IMG/VR virus record: IMGVR_UViG_3300023105_001410
Coordinates: 1-37,840 of that record
Strand: one strand, 5' to 3'
Source of the DNA: a virus
Taxonomy: Duplodnaviria > Caudoviricetes
Length of the DNA stretch: 37,840 nt
Every line of letters starts with the position of its first letter. Positions within the stretch are counted from its first letter, which is position 1. The translations under genes were made by a program, and so were the position numbers. Shown one piece after another: positions 34,129 through 37,840 of this stretch. The notes under the pieces were generated by a model. The model ran no database searches, was not told the DNA's origin, and worked only from the letters and a program-made list of their open reading frames with translations.

Positions 34129-36571
34129 TCATTCTGTCAAACTCTTCTGTATCCAACTGCTGTGGTTGTGTATGCATCTGATACTCATCGAAGAGTGCTT
34201 GTACCTGTTCAATGAAAGCCTTTGCCGGTTCTATGAACTCTTCGCCGTAGTCTTTCTCAACCATAGTTAATACTGCGGTCTCGCCTTTTGGAAACAGGCC
34301 TGTTTCTCTGTCATAGTATGATAGTATAAACTCGCCTAATGGTGTCTTTTGTTCTTTGACGTCTTCTTCGTCATCTTTTCCCATTGCCTTTTTAATAGCA
34401 ATATCTTTTGCCTTCATATAATCATCTGAATCAATATCGCCGTCCTTGTCAAGATCTTTGCCTTTAGATTCGTCTTTTGGATCTTCCATTACATCTCTAA
34501 TATAAACCATCAATGGATATAATGCATTTACAATTTGATTACCAAAACGTGCATTTTCACCGCTGCCTGGCTTAGTTTCTAATTTCTTAGCTTCGCCACG
34601 TAACTGCATAACAGGTTCTAGAACTTCCTTTAGCTTAGGATCATTCATACCGCTAATACCTAATTTGCTATCCATCCAACTGTATACATCGTATACATCA
34701 CTTACATATTCATTGGCTAAGTTGCCATCATATGTGTCTTTGCCTGTTTCAATCTTTTTACCAATGCCACGCAAACGACCTAATGCTTCTACAGCGTCTT
34801 TGCGTGTTTTGATATATGCTTCTTCTAGATCATTTTCAGCTTCGCTAAACTGACCCATCATTTCTTCAAAGCCTTGTTCTAATGCAGTTTCTTCTGGAAT
34901 GCAAGAACCTTTAGATCCTCTTGTTGCACCTGGTTTTTTACGCCAACCGTCGCGGCACTTATCATAAATCTTACTATTGCCGTGACGTTCGCCTTCGTCA
35001 AATTCAATTTCTTCTGTTCTAGGTTCGTCGCCTTTGCCCATTAACCAATTTATTACTTTCTTGCCACCATATAATATAGCAATAACTGCAAGTACAGGTA
35101 GTCCATATTTAGCTGCTGATGCTCCAATTTGTCTAAGAGCGCCGCCGCCTAAAAATGCTGAAATTTCGTCTTGTATACCATTAATACCTTGAGAAGCTTT
35201 ATCCATAAGTTCTTCTGCACTAGTTGCTAAATCATCTATAGTATCGCTTACTTGCTTTCCAACATAAGCAGCACCGCCCAGTGCTGCGGTTGTTCCTGGA
35301 TTTTTTGCAATATAGTTTCCTGCGCCTCTTGCAACTTGTCCAGCTGCTTGTCCTGCGCTTCTTGCAACTTGTCCGGCTGCTTGCCCAACTGCTTGTCCGG
35401 CTGTTTGTCCTGCGGCTCTTGCAGCAATGCGGGCTTTTGCAGCTTTTATTGCAGCACCTCTTTTGGCTAATATTGAAGCACCCATTCTCGATAGTTGCGG
35501 AATTGCTGCTCTAGCTGCGGCCATTACACCTGCTGCTATAAGCGGAGCAACTTCGTCTAATTCTTCTTCTGACTCTCCTAGTACATCATCTGGACCTAGT
35601 TCTTTGGCCTTTGTACCTTCTTTTACTAGGTTGTATATGTATGGGAAGATATCTTGTAGTTCTTCATTAAACTGCTTAATAGTTAGTTCGTCTATCCAGT
35701 TTTCAGCAACATCACTTGGAACATCTTCTAGTACTGGGGGATTAAATGTTTCAAATGCTTCTTTGTAGTATGCTGGCTTTTGTAATGACGCTATTTCTTT
35801 TTTAACTGTAGCAATACGTTCTTTGACAATATCTGTATATCCTGCTAGGCTTTCTGCCATTACAGCTGAACGGCTCATATAGTTTTTGAACTTGCGTAGT
35901 TTTGCCATTTCTTCTGATAGGCCTACAATATGCTTACCAAAATCGTCATAGGCATTTCCGCCTTCTGCTACATGGCGAGCCATTGCCCTTGCGCCTGTAA
36001 GATGTTTGTAAGGATATTTGAATCTTTCACCTTCTGGTGATTCAATATAGATTTTTCCAATCTTTTGAGTTCTGCCTGTGGCACTTTCTTGATTAATATT
36101 TTCTGTATGCTTAATCATAATACGTGCTTCGCCAACCTTTTGATAGCTTACACGGCTTGTGCCATATAGTTTTGATTCTGTCATTTTATCGTCCCCAGAG
36201 CGATTTGCTAAAAAATTATAATCTCTCTTTGTTAAATTAGTTTTTGTAATATCTCTAATGCTAAAATCTAACATTCTTTTTTTGCTGAACGTTCTAAGTT
36301 CTTTTAAAAAATTAAACCACTGTTTTTTTGATATATCATCTTGATTTTCTACAATATCTTTTGAATATATAACTTTTAATCCTTCGTCTTCAGAAATGCT
36401 AATACTTACTTTGCCTATCTTATTTCCGTCGTTAGAATAGCTAAAATCAAAAAATCTAGCATCTTTTGGTTCATTAGTTACTGTACCACTTTCGTCACCT
36501 ATAGTGATATCGTTGAAACGGCTGCGTAATTTATTGAAAAGATCTTCACTTATGTTGTTCATTTTGCGCAT
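34106..36571 (-). CDS. Modular putative internal head/prohead-core protein (821 aa)
   Basis: Directly downstream of terminase, TAAATA promoter, repeated hydrophobic-x-E sites, C-terminal RMKELAGL. Confidence 0.55.
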   Translation of the reverse strand: MRKMNNISEDLFNKLRSRFNDITIGDESGTVTNEPKDARFFDFSYSNDGNKIGKVSISISEDEGLKVIYSKDIVENQDDISKKQWFNFLKELRTFSKKRMLDFSIRDITKTNLTKRDYNFLANRSGDDKMTESKLYGTSRVSYQKVGEARIMIKHTENINQESATGRTQKIGKIYIESPEGERFKYPYKHLTGARAMARHVAEGGNAYDDFGKHIVGLSEEMAKLRKFKNYMSRSAVMAESLAGYTDIVKERIATVKKEIASLQKPAYYKEAFETFNPPVLEDVPSDVAENWIDELTIKQFNEELQDIFPYIYNLVKEGTKAKELGPDDVLGESEEELDEVAPLIAAGVMAAARAAIPQLSRMGASILAKRGAAIKAAKARIAARAAGQTAGQAVGQAAGQVARSAGQAAGQVARGAGNYIAKNPGTTAALGGAAYVGKQVSDTIDDLATSAEELMDKASQGINGIQDEISAFLGGGALRQIGASAAKYGLPVLAVIAILYGGKKVINWLMGKGDEPRTEEIEFDEGERHGNSKIYDKCRDGWRKKPGATRGSKGSCIPEETALEQGFEEMMGQFSEAENDLEEAYIKTRKDAVEALGRLRGIGKKIETGKDTYDGNLANEYVSDVYDVYSWMDSKLGISGMNDPKLKEVLEPVMQLRGEAKKLETKPGSGENARFGNQIVNALYPLMVYIRDVMEDPKDESKGKDLDKDGDIDSDDYMKAKDIAIKKAMGKDDEEDVKEQKTPLGEFILSYYDRETGLFPKGETAVLTMVEKDYGEEFIEPAKAFIEQVQALFDEYQMHTQPQQLDTEEFDRMKELAGLR
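35318..35420 (-). repeat. In-frame tandem repeat (two 33-bp units plus 12-bp units) encoding AGQAAGQVAR-type repeats
   Basis: tcctgcgcctcttgcaacttgtccagctgcttg (35318-35350) and tcctgcgcttcttgcaacttgtccggctgcttg (35351-35383). Confidence 0.85.
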
Positions 36572-36575
36572 AAAG

Positions 36576-36581
36576 TATTTA
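36576..36581 (-). promoter_or_regulatory. Late promoter TAAATA 4 nt before ATG
   Basis: TGA-TAAATA-CTTT-ATG(36571), immediately after the terminase stop. Confidence 0.65.
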
Positions 36582-37840
36582 TCAATAGTTAGTGCTAATG
36601 AAGATTGGCATTGGTGCTTCGTAATCTTCTAAGTCTTCGGTTTGTGTAAACGTATTGTAAACTCTAGGATCCCAATCTTTTAAAACATCCATCATCCTTA
36701 GAGATAATAAAGTTGCACTGATTAGGTCGTCAGTCATTCCTGATTTTGCTTGATAGCTTGAACCAGTAGCAACATAACCTTTTAGTTCGGATATAAACGG
36801 CTTTGAATGCACAATCATTTTATCATTTTCTATCATTGTTTTGAGCCTAGAACAGGCCGTAACTTTGGTGCTGTGTGTTGTGTTAAACCCTTTACGAAAC
36901 TTCCTGACATGACCTTTACGTATCGGTTCAGATACAAACAGGCCTGGTATATTTTCTTCCCCAAAATCGTTTATAACGATTAGTGCTGCCTCACCTAAAC
37001 CATTGTTCTCTACACTCCAATATATCCCTGTCGGATTTTTGGTACATTCTTCAATATACCTACATATGTCTGCAAGGACCCTTATTTGTCCTGGGATTGC
37101 TGTTTGATTGTGCTGCCATTCTGCAACTTGTTCATATGTAGGCAATTCAAATACTTGTATAGCAGCATAGTCGCCGCCGGTGCCCATACTAGGATCTAGT
37201 GCGACACAATATGTGTATTGACTGGTAGGCTTTTTGTACCAGCGTGTTTGTCCCATATTTAATATCGGACTTCCGCCTTCCATTGCTGACAGTTTGATCG
37301 AATTTATTAGAGTTTCGTCAAATACCAAAAATTCACAGCCGTATTCACGTCTAAACTTTTCTTCGCCTATACGTCCAATCTCGTCTTTTTTCCATTCTTC
37401 GTCACGATCAGGATGTTCATGCCACTCTGCTCTAAATGCATGGAATCCATTTATACCTACTTCATTTTCGTTACCATGCTCGTCAAATTTTTGTTCTGCT
37501 TGTTTCCAAATAGTAGCAAACGTATCTTCGTCACTGTTAGGTGTGCTTGTAATAATAGCACGACCACCTGTTGCTAGTGTAGGTGATATTGAAGTCCAAA
37601 ATTCTTCTGCAATGTTAGGCATAACAAATGCAAACTCGTCACAGTATAGTAAAGAAATTGACATACCACGTCCTGTGTTGCCTGTTGTTGTTTGCGAAAC
37701 AATCCTACTGCCATTTTCAAACTCAATGCTACCTTTATTGTAACTTGTAACACCTGCTCTTATATGGTCTGGACACGTTTCATATACATAACGAATACGT
37801 GCCATAATCTCTTGCGCACCTGTATATTTGTGTGCAGCAA
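36582..37840 (-). CDS. gp17: Terminase large subunit (T4 gp17-like), 5' end outside the window
   Basis: Frame open to the window edge (AAHK...); Walker B LLYCDEFAF, TSTPN, FRREY.CEF, nuclease ALDPS.G.GGD, ENN, DDL. Confidence 0.93.
   Translation of the reverse strand, partial: AAHKYTGAQEIMARIRYVYETCPDHIRAGVTSYNKGSIEFENGSRIVSQTTTGNTGRGMSISLLYCDEFAFVMPNIAEEFWTSISPTLATGGRAIITSTPNSDEDTFATIWKQAEQKFDEHGNENEVGINGFHAFRAEWHEHPDRDEEWKKDEIGRIGEEKFRREYGCEFLVFDETLINSIKLSAMEGGSPILNMGQTRWYKKPTSQYTYCVALDPSMGTGGDYAAIQVFELPTYEQVAEWQHNQTAIPGQIRVLADICRYIEECTKNPTGIYWSVENNGLGEAALIVINDFGEENIPGLFVSEPIRKGHVRKFRKGFNTTHSTKVTACSRLKTMIENDKMIVHSKPFISELKGYVATGSSYQAKSGMTDDLISATLLSLRMMDVLKDWDPRVYNTFTQTEDLEDYEAPMPIFISTNY

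Noticed and set aside
35318-35420. CRISPR-like array
   Set aside because: Contiguous in-frame coding repeats without unique spacers
1732-37743. Numerous plus-strand ORFs antisense to long genes (e.g. 7048..7446, 33236..33640, 37234..37743)
   Set aside because: Shadow frames of well-supported minus-strand genes
1-37840. Stop-codon reassignment, tRNA genes, introns, inteins or homing endonucleases
   Set aside because: TAA, TAG and TGA all end tightly packed genes; conserved proteins are uninterrupted; no cloverleaf or mobile-element motifs were seen

Overview
A 37.8-kb segment of a large, gene-dense, AT-rich T4-like (myovirus-type) dsDNA phage genome, probably aquatic, with a Gram-negative host (inferred from Kdo genes and a TonB-dependent receptor). 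Nearly all genes are on the minus strand. Right to left: large terminase (5'-truncated), an 821-aa modular putative head protein, gp32 SSB, UvsX, UvsY, a ~8-kb glycan-modification cluster, UvsW, KdsA/KdsB, a gp62-like protein, a CysC/nucleotidyltransferase/sulfotransferase set, peptide deformylase, a 183-aa 'mini-DnaE', a compact TonB-dependent receptor, primase, carbamoyltransferase, gp41 helicase, a PHP-less DnaE2-like polymerase, a virion adhesin, 2OG-Fe(II) oxygenases and a structured non-coding left end. The most unusual features are two stripped-down family C polymerases in a T4-type replication module and a possible CMP-Kdo plus KpsS/KpsC-like Kdo-transferase pathway. Also notable are systematic leaderless promoter architecture, a leader motif shared by gp32 and dnaE, a likely protease-processed polyprotein and a cluster of GNA-triloop DNA mini-hairpins. 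All calls come from motif recognition by eye; no database searches were run.
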